From Minisyncoccia bacterium (lineage in GTDB: Bacteria; Patescibacteriota; Minisyncoccia; Phycocordibacterales; UBA9973): DNA of 64,000 bases. How positions within the stretch are numbered: the stretch's first letter is position 1; the number at the start of each line of letters is the position of its first letter. This document shows positions 49,032-59,578 of the stretch, piece by piece. The position numbers were made by a program, and so were the translations under genes. Below the pieces are notes generated by a model, which saw only the letters and a program-made list of their open reading frames with translations, searched no databases and had not been told where the DNA came from. The stretch is taken from NCBI GenBank assembly GCA_041737125.1, contig JBGSSJ010000010.1, positions 22,354 to 86,353 of the forward strand. Reading direction: 5' to 3'.

Positions 49032-50702
49032 TTATATAACCTGTTGCTGATAACACTTCTCGCAATAAACTATTTCTTTCCTTTCTGGTGAATAATTAGT
49101 CTTTATATCTTTACTACAGAAATCACATTTCCTGTCCCAGAATTTGTATGGTCCACGACGACGAACTCGATCTCTATGACGACAGTAGAAGCAGGCTCTT
49201 GGTATTGGTAAATGCATCTTCTTGTAGAAGAGTAATTCCTGCTCTGTGATTTTATAATTCCTCTCGCAATTTATGCAAGCGAGTATTTCCTTTGTAATAC
49301 TATCTGGCACATCAGCAATATGATCTGGGATATCTTCTGTTTTTAATGTCTCCTTCCCTTTTGTAACCTGTACATCATCCTCCCATCTGTAACCTTGGGC
49401 TACGGCTTCCTCTTTTGTCAAAGGAAAGTTATCTTGAGCTATTGTTTCATTATATGCAAACGGTGCAATAGACGGAGGCATCATAAGGCCATATAAATTT
49501 TGGGATTTTAATTCCTCTACAATATGCTCTTTTAGTCTTTCATATTCTTCTTTTAAGTATTCTTTGTTCAGAATTGCATATTTGGCATTCTTGATAGCAT
49601 CACAACCTATAGTGCTAGTATTATACTTAACATCAAATCCATAAACTACGTCCTGGGAATTCTCAGCCCAAAATGAACCGATTATATTACTAGAGTATCC
49701 GGTGGCGACGACTTCAAGTAAATTTTCTCCATTAGTACCATAACCTATTGTACCTAAAGAATCTTTTATAACTTTAGATGAAAATAGATATCTACAATTC
49801 TCTGCTTTTGAAACTTCAAATGAATCTTTAACTGATTTACATTCATAAAGATAGTCACCCTCTGAGTCCACCGCCTTTATATTATTATTTTCTCTATGAG
49901 GGTGTTGTAAGCAGAAATATTCAAAAATTTTAATCATTTCTTCTTTTTTAGAATAACTACCAGTATAATCTTCTAACCTATTGGAATATTCCTCGGGAGT
50001 AAGTTGCTCGTTGAACCAACAATTACTTTTATTCCTCAAATTCACACAACCGAAACAATTAGTGAGTCCACTACCATTTAGAATGAAGTGTGAATCAACA
50101 CAACTTATAATATTTTTACTATAAGTGACACCTGATGACTTCTGAATATTTACACTATCGTAACAATTTTCTATGTCGACACCGAAATAAATATCAGAAG
50201 AAAATTTACCATTTTTTATCCCTCGAGAATACAGCAGTTCCTCTGCTGGACTTGTATTGAAAACTAGGTAACAATTTTTACAACCTCCTGCCATATTTAC
50301 ATATTCGCTATTTATATTCTGACCTTCAGCTGAAGATATGCCCAAACAATTCTTTGGTACTTTTCTTAATAGCTCCCCCATTTGCTCGACAAAAGGTTTA
50401 TTAGGGTCGTAGTCAATAGCATAATCTTTAGCATCCCATTTATCAGAATAGAAACATTCATAACAAAAAACTACATAGGGAGATTTTGGGTTATAAATAG
50501 ATATTATATTTTTCTGGCACATATCACACTTGCGCCCCGAATAAAGAGTCATTTCATTCCTCCACATTGCCCTAATTTTAAACCTGCAGTCGGGGCACAC
50601 ATGTGGCGCTGGAACTTTCATCTTCTCATAGAAAGAGAAGTCATCGGCTTCGATAATGAAATTAATCTTGCAGTTCTGGCAGCTCCTTGTCTCCAAATTC
50701 AT
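49032..50702 (-). CDS. Cys-rich paralog 7 (most divergent termini)
   Basis: CQNC..DDFSFYEKMKVPAPHVCPDC; YCEKCYQQQV. Confidence 0.85.
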   Translation of the reverse strand: MNLETRSCQNCKINFIIEADDFSFYEKMKVPAPHVCPDCRFKIRAMWRNEMTLYSGRKCDMCQKNIISIYNPKSPYVVFCYECFYSDKWDAKDYAIDYDPNKPFVEQMGELLRKVPKNCLGISSAEGQNINSEYVNMAGGCKNCYLVFNTSPAEELLYSRGIKNGKFSSDIYFGVDIENCYDSVNIQKSSGVTYSKNIISCVDSHFILNGSGLTNCFGCVNLRNKSNCWFNEQLTPEEYSNRLEDYTGSYSKKEEMIKIFEYFCLQHPHRENNNIKAVDSEGDYLYECKSVKDSFEVSKAENCRYLFSSKVIKDSLGTIGYGTNGENLLEVVATGYSSNIIGSFWAENSQDVVYGFDVKYNTSTIGCDAIKNAKYAILNKEYLKEEYERLKEHIVEELKSQNLYGLMMPPSIAPFAYNETIAQDNFPLTKEEAVAQGYRWEDDVQVTKGKETLKTEDIPDHIADVPDSITKEILACINCERNYKITEQELLFYKKMHLPIPRACFYCRHRDRVRRRGPYKFWDRKCDFCSKDIKTNYSPERKEIVYCEKCYQQQVI

Positions 50703-50756
50703 ATATAAATAGTATATCTTATGTACCTATAAGCAACAAATACTCTGTTTAATGGG

Positions 50757-51395
50757 TTAAACCTCATTCTTCCAAGCCTTATATGATACATATATAAATA
50801 TAAAAGATAGACTCATGAAGACAAAGGCATCTGTATTCTCTATTGGTTTTACGAATACACTCACAGCCTTGTTCAATAAGAATAGTGGGTTATGGAATAA
50901 ATCCCAGCTATTAAACCGTAAGAATCTGCCAAGATACAAACCGAAGGAAACCAAAAGCATGATTATAGCTAGAATATATTCTTTCCTCCTCCATCCGTAT
51001 TTGGCTTTGAAAATTTTCTCCATATGTGAAACTGAGTAGAAGAAGAGCAACATCGAAACGTAAGCAGAAGTGAATAACAAGAAAGTATCATAGAGAACTG
51101 GCACAGTACGATTATGACCTAGATGTATGAGGTCAGTAACTATATAAGGAGCATTCGGCAAGAATAGCAGCCATACTATACCTCCTATAATAAACATACT
51201 CTTCGTAAGTTTATTCTTATTAAAAGAAAAAAGCAGGAAGTAACTAATAAAGAAAGGTATTAGTGCTAAGAATATATTCCAGAATAAAAATAGGAAATAT
51301 TTAGAATCAAATAAAAAGTACCGTACAATATTGAAGAATACAGCGAGTATGAGCAATATTAATATTTGTTTTGGAAGGATAAATCTATTTAACAT
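50757..51395 (-). CDS. DUF1361 membrane protein
   Basis: WNIFLALIP, WLLFLPNAPYIVTDLIHL, GRFLRFNSWD. Confidence 0.88.
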   Translation of the reverse strand: MLNRFILPKQILILLILAVFFNIVRYFLFDSKYFLFLFWNIFLALIPFFISYFLLFSFNKNKLTKSMFIIGGIVWLLFLPNAPYIVTDLIHLGHNRTVPVLYDTFLLFTSAYVSMLLFFYSVSHMEKIFKAKYGWRRKEYILAIIMLLVSFGLYLGRFLRFNSWDLFHNPLFLLNKAVSVFVKPIENTDAFVFMSLSFIFIYVSYKAWKNEV

Positions 51396-51398
51396 AAT

Positions 51399-51803
51399 TT
51401 ATGAAGAAGCGAGTACGGATGTACAGAAAGGGCAGCGCTTCGCTTCTATCTGTACCTCACTTAGGCACTCGGTGCACTTCTTCGTAGTTGGATCAAGTGG
51501 AGCTTCAGTCTTCGAATGAGATATTAGTAAATTCATCGGTTTGACGACGAAGAAGTATATAACCACAGCGACGATAAGGAACGATATTAGTGAGTTTAAG
51601 AAATTACCATACATGAAATGGCTGCCATTGATAGTGAACATCAAGTTAGAGAAATCTGGCGACTTTATAATTGCACTAATAAGTGGAGTGATAACGTTCT
51701 GCACTAGGGATGTGACTACCCCACTAAAAGATGCCCCTACTACGACACCGACAGCTAGATCTACTACATTGCCACGAAGTATAAATTGTTTGAAGCCTTT
51801 CAT
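51399..51803 (-). CDS. mscL: Large-conductance mechanosensitive channel with C-terminal CxxC..CxxC
   Basis: FKQFILRGNVVDLAVGVVVG, YGNFL; CTEC...CPFC. Confidence 0.95.
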   Translation of the reverse strand: MKGFKQFILRGNVVDLAVGVVVGASFSGVVTSLVQNVITPLISAIIKSPDFSNLMFTINGSHFMYGNFLNSLISFLIVAVVIYFFVVKPMNLLISHSKTEAPLDPTTKKCTECLSEVQIEAKRCPFCTSVLASS

Positions 51804-51911
51804 AAAGTAAAATTATAGGTGAATAATATAGAATTATACCAAGCATAGCGTATACTGACACCTTTGACATAAAGATATTTATAATGTATAGTATGTACAA
51901 ACTTACTCGCA

Positions 51912-52115
51912 ATGAAAAATGATAAAAGGTCCCCTATTGTAGGGACAAAAAGAAATATTAAATGGATACTTCGAAAATTAGGGATCTCTTTGGATGAAGT
52001 GCAACCTGAGACTTTTAAAAAAATTTTCTATGTGGAGAAAATTACTCCTCGTGGAAGTAAAATATATGGCACAAATGTACCATATGAAGAATTAGAAAAA
52101 AATTTAAAACCATAA
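51912..52115 (+). CDS. Small hypothetical protein
   Basis: 67-aa ORF with TTGACA-17-TATAGT promoter upstream and hairpin at 52114-52140. Confidence 0.5.
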   Translation: MKNDKRSPIVGTKRNIKWILRKLGISLDEVQPETFKKIFYVEKITPRGSKIYGTNVPYEELEKNLKP

Positions 52116-52141
52116 ACCCGCAGGAAAACCTTCGGGTTTTC

Positions 52142-54778
52142 TTATACCCTTTTAGCAAGTCGCAAGTGTGTGAGTAAAGCGTGTATATGATGCTTGTTGC
52201 GAAGTATGTACTTCGCCCCTTCGACAAGTAATACATTAAAAACTAACCATAGTCCCACTAGTGGAAGCGCCTTCATAGGAAGTGGTGCAAGCTCAAATAC
52301 TTTCCTCATAAATGGTGATGCCATAGTAAGGACAAGTATTACAACTGCCACAACTATACTCCAGTTTAATTTCCTATTTGAGAAAATAGAATAAGAGAAA
52401 AGAGAGTTATATAGACTTCTGAATGAGAATGCTATGACTAGTATGTATGAAGCAAAACATACGAAGAATATTGATCTGACTTGGCTCTCATCTGCTATAT
52501 ACTTCGAGAGGAAGTAATATAAGAAGAATAAGAAAACTGAACTAAGCACTCCTATACCGAACGTCAGCACCTTCACTTCGTTCGTAAATATCTGCTTTGA
52601 CTCATTTTTTAAATATTTCTTCCTTTCCATATTCTCATCGAAAGCAAAAGCAAGTGCAGGCAAGCTACCCGTAAATAAATTCACCCATATTATCTGAAGC
52701 GCGGTCAGAGGCAAAGCAAGGCCGATAATTAAACTACCTCCTATAACAAATACTACATCTAGTGAGTTCGACATTAGGTACACTACTGTCTTCCTGATGT
52801 TAGCAAGTATTCTATGACCTTCATCAATAGCCATACTTATAGTCTCGAAGTTATCATCAAGTAGCACCAGGTCTGCAGCGGACTTCGCTACATCACTACC
52901 TGAACCAAGGGAAATACCTATATCCATAGCTTTCAGTGCTGGGGCGTCATTCACTCCATCGCCAGTCATAGCCACAACTTCGCCCAAACTCTGGTAAAGT
53001 TTCCCTATTCGAAGCTTATCTTCTGGTGTAACTCGGGCGAAAATTTTCATCTTCGGAAGTATCGTAAGTAGTTCATCGTCAGATAGATCCTTCATCTCAC
53101 TACCAGATATAACTTCGTCAGGAGCTACTTCCCAGTTGATACTTTTTGCTACTGATATAGCTGTTCCTTTCAGGTCCCCTGTGACTAGTACCATACGAAT
53201 ACCGTGTGACTCTATACGTGCAATTGCATCGGGAACTTCTGGTCTTATCGGATCGAAGAATAGAAGCATGCCGAGGAATTCTAAATTATCCACATCAGAT
53301 ACTTCTATATTCTTTTCATTTTTCTTTGGAAATGTCGCAATAGCTATTAACCTCTTGCCACTTATACTAGTTTTCTCTATCCACTCTTCTATCTTTATAT
53401 ATTCTTCTTTCGACAAGTTCGCTTTCCTCAAAAGGATATCTGGGGCACCCATGACAATATATTCATCTCCACTTTTAGATACAGAGAATTTATTCGTGGA
53501 ATTGAAAGGTATAACCAAAGAAGATGAAGCGATAATCGGATCAAGAGATAGGTCGTGTTGGCGTGCAGCTTTCACTATGTTGACTTCGAATGGTTTACCG
53601 CGGAAGTTCCAATCAGCCATATCATCCTTCTGATTCTCTATAAGTACATCTACATTAGATAATGCAAGCTCAAGTATTTTCTTCTGTGCGTGCGAGAAAG
53701 TCTTCATGTCATCGTCTTTACCCAGGACTAGTCGCTCCTTCGTCTCTATCCCAACAAGTTGCATGTCAGCCATGGTAAGCGTACCCGTCTTATCAGTCAT
53801 GATAAGAGTAGTAGAACCTAGAGTCTCGGCTGCAGAGAGCTTCCTTATGACACCCTTTTTCTTCGCTATTCTTTCTGCTCCTATGGCAAGGATAACTGTG
53901 AGAGTAATAGGTAGTGCTTCAGGCACAGCTCCGACAGCCACAGCCGCAGAAAGTATAAGCATAGGGAAAAGTGGTTCACCTCTTGAAATACCTAATACGA
54001 ATATTCCTATAACGATAACAATAACAATAATGAAAACCATCCAAGCTAGATTATTCGTTCCTTTCTGAAGAGGCGTATGTACCCTGTCTGTAGCAGACAC
54101 AATCGATGCAATCTTCCCTATCTCAGTATCATCCCCAGTCGCAAAGACAACTGCTTGTGCATAGCCACCTACAACAAGAGTCCCTGCATGAGCTGTGTTT
54201 GTACGCTCAGCTACCATAGCATTCACTGGTAGTATATTCTTCTCATCTTTGGTGACAGGGATGGACTCACCTGTGAGTATAGCTTCATCGACTTGGAAAT
54301 TATTCGTAGATATTATGCGTGCATCGGCTGGTATGCGCATACCATAGACAAGCTTTATAATATCCCCTGGTACAAGCAAGACTGAGTCTATCTCCTCTTC
54401 TTTGCCATCTCGTATGACGCGTGCTCGGTCCTTGATATATGTCGTCAGCTTCTCGAGAGTATTCTCAGCATGGAATTCATGATAGAAACCAAGACCAACA
54501 TTGAGTAAGACGGCAAAGCCGATAACGATGGTGTTAATCCATTCGGAAAGGAAGCTAGTCAAAATAGCAGCGCCTATAAGTAGGAATATGAGCGGACTTA
54601 AAAATTGCTTAAGGAATAGGAGCAGAAACTTAGGCTTCTCCCTATTGTGAAAACTATTGTTACCGTATTCTATTAACCTCTTCTTCGACTCCTCCTCCGT
54701 TAGACCATTAATATTAGTGCTGAAACCTTCGAATAATTCTGTGTCTGTAACAGACCATGGTGATAATATCTTAGACAT
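52142..54778 (-). CDS. Cation-transporting P-type ATPase (P2A/Ca2+-like)
   Basis: TGES, AVPEALP, DKTGTLT, DPIR, TGDGVNDAPALK. Confidence 0.93.
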   Translation of the reverse strand: MSKILSPWSVTDTELFEGFSTNINGLTEEESKKRLIEYGNNSFHNREKPKFLLLFLKQFLSPLIFLLIGAAILTSFLSEWINTIVIGFAVLLNVGLGFYHEFHAENTLEKLTTYIKDRARVIRDGKEEEIDSVLLVPGDIIKLVYGMRIPADARIISTNNFQVDEAILTGESIPVTKDEKNILPVNAMVAERTNTAHAGTLVVGGYAQAVVFATGDDTEIGKIASIVSATDRVHTPLQKGTNNLAWMVFIIVIVIVIGIFVLGISRGEPLFPMLILSAAVAVGAVPEALPITLTVILAIGAERIAKKKGVIRKLSAAETLGSTTLIMTDKTGTLTMADMQLVGIETKERLVLGKDDDMKTFSHAQKKILELALSNVDVLIENQKDDMADWNFRGKPFEVNIVKAARQHDLSLDPIIASSSLVIPFNSTNKFSVSKSGDEYIVMGAPDILLRKANLSKEEYIKIEEWIEKTSISGKRLIAIATFPKKNEKNIEVSDVDNLEFLGMLLFFDPIRPEVPDAIARIESHGIRMVLVTGDLKGTAISVAKSINWEVAPDEVISGSEMKDLSDDELLTILPKMKIFARVTPEDKLRIGKLYQSLGEVVAMTGDGVNDAPALKAMDIGISLGSGSDVAKSAADLVLLDDNFETISMAIDEGHRILANIRKTVVYLMSNSLDVVFVIGGSLIIGLALPLTALQIIWVNLFTGSLPALAFAFDENMERKKYLKNESKQIFTNEVKVLTFGIGVLSSVFLFFLYYFLSKYIADESQVRSIFFVCFASYILVIAFSFRSLYNSLFSYSIFSNRKLNWSIVVAVVILVLTMASPFMRKVFELAPLPMKALPLVGLWLVFNVLLVEGAKYILRNKHHIHALLTHLRLAKRV

Positions 54779-54864
54779 GGAAACATTTTAGCATAAAATA
54801 TTCATTTTATTGGATAAACCGCAGTTTTAAGTTATACTTTCATTATAAACACTTTCCTTTATTT

Positions 54865-57800
54865 ATGACTACTTTTGCAAAGAAATTTTATATCAGCGAG
54901 ATCATCTCAATACTTATTGTACTTATTTCGGTAGTGCAATTTGTGCAAGCGGATGAATTTACTGCACCGTATATTTATGAGACTCTCCCTGTAGGTTTTT
55001 ATACAAGTTCTTATGAAAGGAGCGATAATCTATACTATGAATTTGAGTCCGATGAGAATGGAACAATCAATTATTATGGGTCCTGTACAGGGTCTTTGTA
55101 TCCCAGCGCTTCTATTGGTATAAATGGTATTTATTTTGACCCCCTTCCCGAAGGTGAGTACACTGATTGTGCAATCAGTGTCACTGATGAATTTTTGAAT
55201 GAATCATATATACTTAATGTCCTTCCTTTTACGGTTGATGATACGGCTCCTAATCTTTCTGAAGTTGCTCCAATCAGCTCTCCGACCAGCGACAAAACTC
55301 CCGAGTATTCTTTTATATCCGATGAGGATGGATATGTTGTTTATCATGGAGCTTGTTCTTCTTCTACGGCTGATGTATTAGTTGGGAATAATACCATAGA
55401 ACTTAATTTACTTGCTGACGGACTATATAATGATTGTGGATTGTCAGTTTATGACGAGGTGGGTAATGAGTCCTCAGTTTTATCAATCACACCTTTTACT
55501 GTTTTTGCTCCTCCTATTATTTACGAATTTTCCTCAGTTTTATCTCCTAGCTCGGACACTACCCCGACATACCGTTTTATGAGTGATGAGGCTGGAGAAA
55601 TAACATACGGAGGAGTATGTTCATCGACAACTACAAATGCTGTAAGTGGATTAAATACAATTGCTTTTGATTATCTCAGTGACAGTACTTACAATAACTG
55701 TACAATTACTGTCACAGATAGTGATCTACAGATATCTAATATAATTAATGTGGCACCTTTTACAATCGATAAGTTGGTACCCATTCCCGATGACGCAATA
55801 TATCATTGGGCAAAACAGTTTGGAGGAGGACCAGGTAATGGTGGATATGACGCCTCTATCACTACAGATTCTGATGGAAATGTTTATACAACTGGAAGTT
55901 TTATAGGGACTCTTGATTTCGACCCCGGAGCAGGGGTAGCGAACCTTACTTCAGCAGGGAGTAATGATATTTACATTTCTAAACTAGATTCTGATGGAAA
56001 CTACTTGTGGGCGAAACGAATAGGGGGAAATGGTTATGACGTTCCCCAATCTATCGCCATAGACTCTTTGGGAAATGTGTACACCACAGGATCCTTCAGT
56101 CCTATTAATGGATACTTTAGTGAAACTGTTGATTTCGATCCTGGGATAGGTGTAGCAAACTTAACCTCACTATATATTGATATTTACATTTCTAAACTAG
56201 ATTCTGATGGAAACTACGTGTGGGCGAAACGAATAGGGGGAAATTCTGGCGATGTAGGTTCTTCTCTTGCAATAGATTCTTTAGATAATGTGTATACTAC
56301 AGGACTCTTCAACGGAACCGTTGATTTCGACCCCGGAGCATTGGTAGCGAATCTTACTTCAGTAGGAAGTAATAGCATCTATATTTCTAAAATAGATTCT
56401 GACGGAAACTACGTGTGGGCGAAAAGTATAGGTCATTCTTCCTACTCACTCCCATTTGTTGCAATAGATTCTTATACCAACATATATACAATAGGTGGCT
56501 TTTCTGGAACCGTTGATTTCGACCCCGGAGCAGGGGTAGCGAATATTACTTCAGTAGGGGGCGATGATGTTTTCATTTCTAAACTAGATTCTGATGGAAA
56601 CTACGTGTGGGCGAAAACTCTAGGTGGAGAGGTTGATGATGTTGCAAGTTCCCTTGTGGTAGATTCTTTAGATAATGTGTATACTACAGGACTCTTCAAT
56701 GGAACCGTTGATTTCGACCCCGGAGCATTGGTAGCGAACCTTACTTCGACAGGAAGTAATAACATCTATATTTCTAAACTAGACTCCGATGGAAACTACG
56801 TGTGGGCGAAAAGTATAATTGGTAACTCGAATTATTATTACGGAGGCCCATCACTTGCTGTAGATACTTCCCATAATGTATATATGGCAGGCGATTTTTA
56901 TAACATTAAGGATTTTGATCCAGGGTTTGGTGTTGATATATTTATTCCAACAGGAGGATCTGGAGATGTTTTTATTTCTAAATTAAACTCCGGTGGAAAA
57001 TACTTATGGACAAAGACAATAGGAGGGTTAAGTTATGATTCCGTAAGTTCTATAACCATAGATCCTTCCGGTAAAATATATACAGCGGGCTTCTTTCAAA
57101 GTGCTGTAGATTTCGACCCTGGTGTAGGAGTTGCAACTTTAACCCCTTTAGGGGGGTCTGCTCAAACTGTCTTCGTAAGTAGCCTTTCCCTGTATGCATA
57201 CCCTTTCCTTACTGAAACAACACCTGTTACCGCAAGTGACACCGATACCACTCCTTCCTACACATTCACTACTACCAAAGCAGGGACAATCACCTATGGA
57301 GGAGCCTGTGCATCTGTAACGACAGCCGCCACACTCGGAGCAAACACCATTATCTTCAATGAGCTTGCTTTGGGTACATACACAGATTGTACTATCGCGG
57401 TAGATGATTCAAATGTGCTTTCTGTTAATTCGTTTACTATCGGAGAGTTTGCTCCTATTTCCCTACCTGCTCCAAGTGGATCTTCTTTGTTGTCCTTTGT
57501 TTCTCCTGCAATACAAACTTTAATTCCAAATGAGCCAACCCCTCCAAACCCAGAAACGCAAGAACCAGCAAACGAACAATCTGCTACCGAAAAAATAATA
57601 GAAAAAATGAAAGAAAATGAATCCGATTCAATAATAGAAAAACTTACAGAAGAAAATAAAACACCATCACAAGTAGAAGAACAAGAGAATATAAAAAACC
57701 AAAATGGAGAGGCATTACTTAATTCAACATTAGATAAATTATCAATACTAGGAGACAGAGTGGCTGCTTCATTTAATAATGGAATATCTTTTGTTTCATC

Positions 57801-58767
57801 ACTAGACACAATGGCTCCTACAATATTTCAAGCAGTGAAAGCAACCTCAATTACAATAGGTTCTGCTCTTGCAATTGCCCCTGTTGCAACAAATGCGGCA
57901 GGACTCGCTCCCCTACTTGATATTCCTCGTCTTCTAGCACATATGTGGAACGTACTTCTGACAACTCTTGGATTCCGCAAGAAAAGAAAGCCATGGGGTA
58001 CAGTATATGACAGCGTAACGAAAGCTCCTCTTGATCCTGCATATGTCACACTACTTAATAATAAAGGTGAGGAAGTAGCTTCCTCCCTCACTGATATAGA
58101 TGGACGCTATGGATTCGTAGTTCCTCCCGGCACATACACGCTATCAGCAAATAAAACAAACTATGAATTCCCTTCTAAGAAACTTGCGGGCACATTCGAA
58201 GATGAACTATATACGGCGCTTTACTTTGGAGAGCCAGTAACAGTTACTGAGGAAGGTGAAATTATCAATAAGAATATTCCACTTGATCAAAATGCATTTG
58301 ACTGGAATGAATTTGCAAAGAATGAACAACATCGTCTGACCTATTTCAAGAAAAGAGATGTAATTTTCGGAAAGATTTCAGAAATGTTGTTTGTAGGAGG
58401 GTTCCTCTTCTCACTCATTGCCCTATTTGCCCAAACCTCTGTTTTACAAATAATTATTACTCTTGTCTACGTCATCATATACTTTGTCCGTCGCTATGAT
58501 CCAAAACTAAAGGCAAAAGGATTCATCTCCAAGAAAGATGGCTCCCCTCTTCCTTTCGCAATTATTCGCCTTCTTTCTCTTTCAACAGATCAAGAGAGGG
58601 CTCATAAAGTCTCTGACAAAGTAGGACGATACTATGCTATCGCTCCCAATGGAACCTATCACATCGTAATAGACGAGAAGGCAGCTGATGGAACATATAT
58701 AAAACATGTGATACAAGAGAATATAACAATCACAAAGGGATACTTGAGTGAGGAATTTAAGGTTTAA
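54865..58767 (+). CDS. Large surface protein: Ig-like repeats, SBBP-type beta-propeller, TM segments and carboxypeptidase-regulatory-like domains
   Basis: Signal peptide; repeated D..GNVYTTG.F.GTVDFDPGAGVANLTS.G...IYISKLDSDGNYVWAK; WGTVYDS..K.PLDPA, TD.DGRY. Confidence 0.85.
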   Translation: MTTFAKKFYISEIISILIVLISVVQFVQADEFTAPYIYETLPVGFYTSSYERSDNLYYEFESDENGTINYYGSCTGSLYPSASIGINGIYFDPLPEGEYTDCAISVTDEFLNESYILNVLPFTVDDTAPNLSEVAPISSPTSDKTPEYSFISDEDGYVVYHGACSSSTADVLVGNNTIELNLLADGLYNDCGLSVYDEVGNESSVLSITPFTVFAPPIIYEFSSVLSPSSDTTPTYRFMSDEAGEITYGGVCSSTTTNAVSGLNTIAFDYLSDSTYNNCTITVTDSDLQISNIINVAPFTIDKLVPIPDDAIYHWAKQFGGGPGNGGYDASITTDSDGNVYTTGSFIGTLDFDPGAGVANLTSAGSNDIYISKLDSDGNYLWAKRIGGNGYDVPQSIAIDSLGNVYTTGSFSPINGYFSETVDFDPGIGVANLTSLYIDIYISKLDSDGNYVWAKRIGGNSGDVGSSLAIDSLDNVYTTGLFNGTVDFDPGALVANLTSVGSNSIYISKIDSDGNYVWAKSIGHSSYSLPFVAIDSYTNIYTIGGFSGTVDFDPGAGVANITSVGGDDVFISKLDSDGNYVWAKTLGGEVDDVASSLVVDSLDNVYTTGLFNGTVDFDPGALVANLTSTGSNNIYISKLDSDGNYVWAKSIIGNSNYYYGGPSLAVDTSHNVYMAGDFYNIKDFDPGFGVDIFIPTGGSGDVFISKLNSGGKYLWTKTIGGLSYDSVSSITIDPSGKIYTAGFFQSAVDFDPGVGVATLTPLGGSAQTVFVSSLSLYAYPFLTETTPVTASDTDTTPSYTFTTTKAGTITYGGACASVTTAATLGANTIIFNELALGTYTDCTIAVDDSNVLSVNSFTIGEFAPISLPAPSGSSLLSFVSPAIQTLIPNEPTPPNPETQEPANEQSATEKIIEKMKENESDSIIEKLTEENKTPSQVEEQENIKNQNGEALLNSTLDKLSILGDRVAASFNNGISFVSSLDTMAPTIFQAVKATSITIGSALAIAPVATNAAGLAPLLDIPRLLAHMWNVLLTTLGFRKKRKPWGTVYDSVTKAPLDPAYVTLLNNKGEEVASSLTDIDGRYGFVVPPGTYTLSANKTNYEFPSKKLAGTFEDELYTALYFGEPVTVTEEGEIINKNIPLDQNAFDWNEFAKNEQHRLTYFKKRDVIFGKISEMLFVGGFLFSLIALFAQTSVLQIIITLVYVIIYFVRRYDPKLKAKGFISKKDGSPLPFAIIRLLSLSTDQERAHKVSDKVGRYYAIAPNGTYHIVIDEKAADGTYIKHVIQENITITKGYLSEEFKV
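55800..57190 (+). repeat. Seven intragenic ~190-nt repeats (propeller blades)
   Basis: GATTTCGACCCCGGAGCA and ATTTCTAAACTAGATTCTGATGGAAACTAC recur near-identically. Confidence 0.85.
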
Positions 58768-58792
58768 AATAATTAAACTTTATTTTAAGAAA

Positions 58793-59578
58793 TTATAACT
58801 TCCCCATCTGGACGATATCTACTAATTCTTGATGGAGTATTCCATTTGAAACTATACAGCCGATACCATCGCCATCATACCTCCTCTCGTTTCCATTTAA
58901 GTCGGTTACCTTGCCACCCGCTTCTTCTGTAATAATTTTTAAGGCTGCCACATCATGGCCGTGTGGATTATAAAATACACCGCTAACAAATTTACCATTG
59001 GCCACCTGGATAGCTCCATATATAAAAGACGGAAATTTCATTAGTTTACCTTTCTTTTCTTCTAAAATTTTAAAAAGTGCTAAATTTGAAAAACCTAATG
59101 ATGCTCCAGATGAAGCAGTATTTACATATGAACTTTTTAATGTAGTGTTGTTTGATACAGATATCTTTTTGCCGTTTCTATATGCCCCACTACCCCTGTA
59201 TGCCCAGTACATATTCTTCATCACTGGATCATTTATGAGACCAAGAACGGGTAACCCTGTCTCTTGATCAACCAAAGCGATAGAGAAGACAAATGTAGGC
59301 AGCCCACAAGCGAATGCCATTGTCCCATCGATAGGATCACAGACCCAAATATATTTTGAATCTTCTTTCCGTTCACTCTTCTCCTCTCCGTATATACTAT
59401 GCGTAGGGTATGCTTCATTTATCCTCTTTATATCTAAGTCATTTATCTCCGTATCTGCTACTGTTAGTGGAGTGTTATCCTCCTTCCAAGTATTCTCTAC
59501 TTCAAAACTAAAGTATTTTAAGGCTATGTCTTCTGCTTCCTTGGCTAAATTCTTCGCAAATTCTAAGTATTGTTCCAT
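58793..59578 (-). CDS. Inositol monophosphatase family (HisN-like)
   Basis: T.AD, GEE, WVCDPIDGT, HDVAA..I.EEAGG. Confidence 0.92.
   Translation of the reverse strand: MEQYLEFAKNLAKEAEDIALKYFSFEVENTWKEDNTPLTVADTEINDLDIKRINEAYPTHSIYGEEKSERKEDSKYIWVCDPIDGTMAFACGLPTFVFSIALVDQETGLPVLGLINDPVMKNMYWAYRGSGAYRNGKKISVSNNTTLKSSYVNTASSGASLGFSNLALFKILEEKKGKLMKFPSFIYGAIQVANGKFVSGVFYNPHGHDVAALKIITEEAGGKVTDLNGNERRYDGDGIGCIVSNGILHQELVDIVQMGKL

Noticed and set aside
31050-50702. Diversity-generating retroelement acting on the Cys-rich paralogs
   Set aside because: No reverse transcriptase in the window, and differences between similar 3' ends are not adenine-specific as far as can be seen
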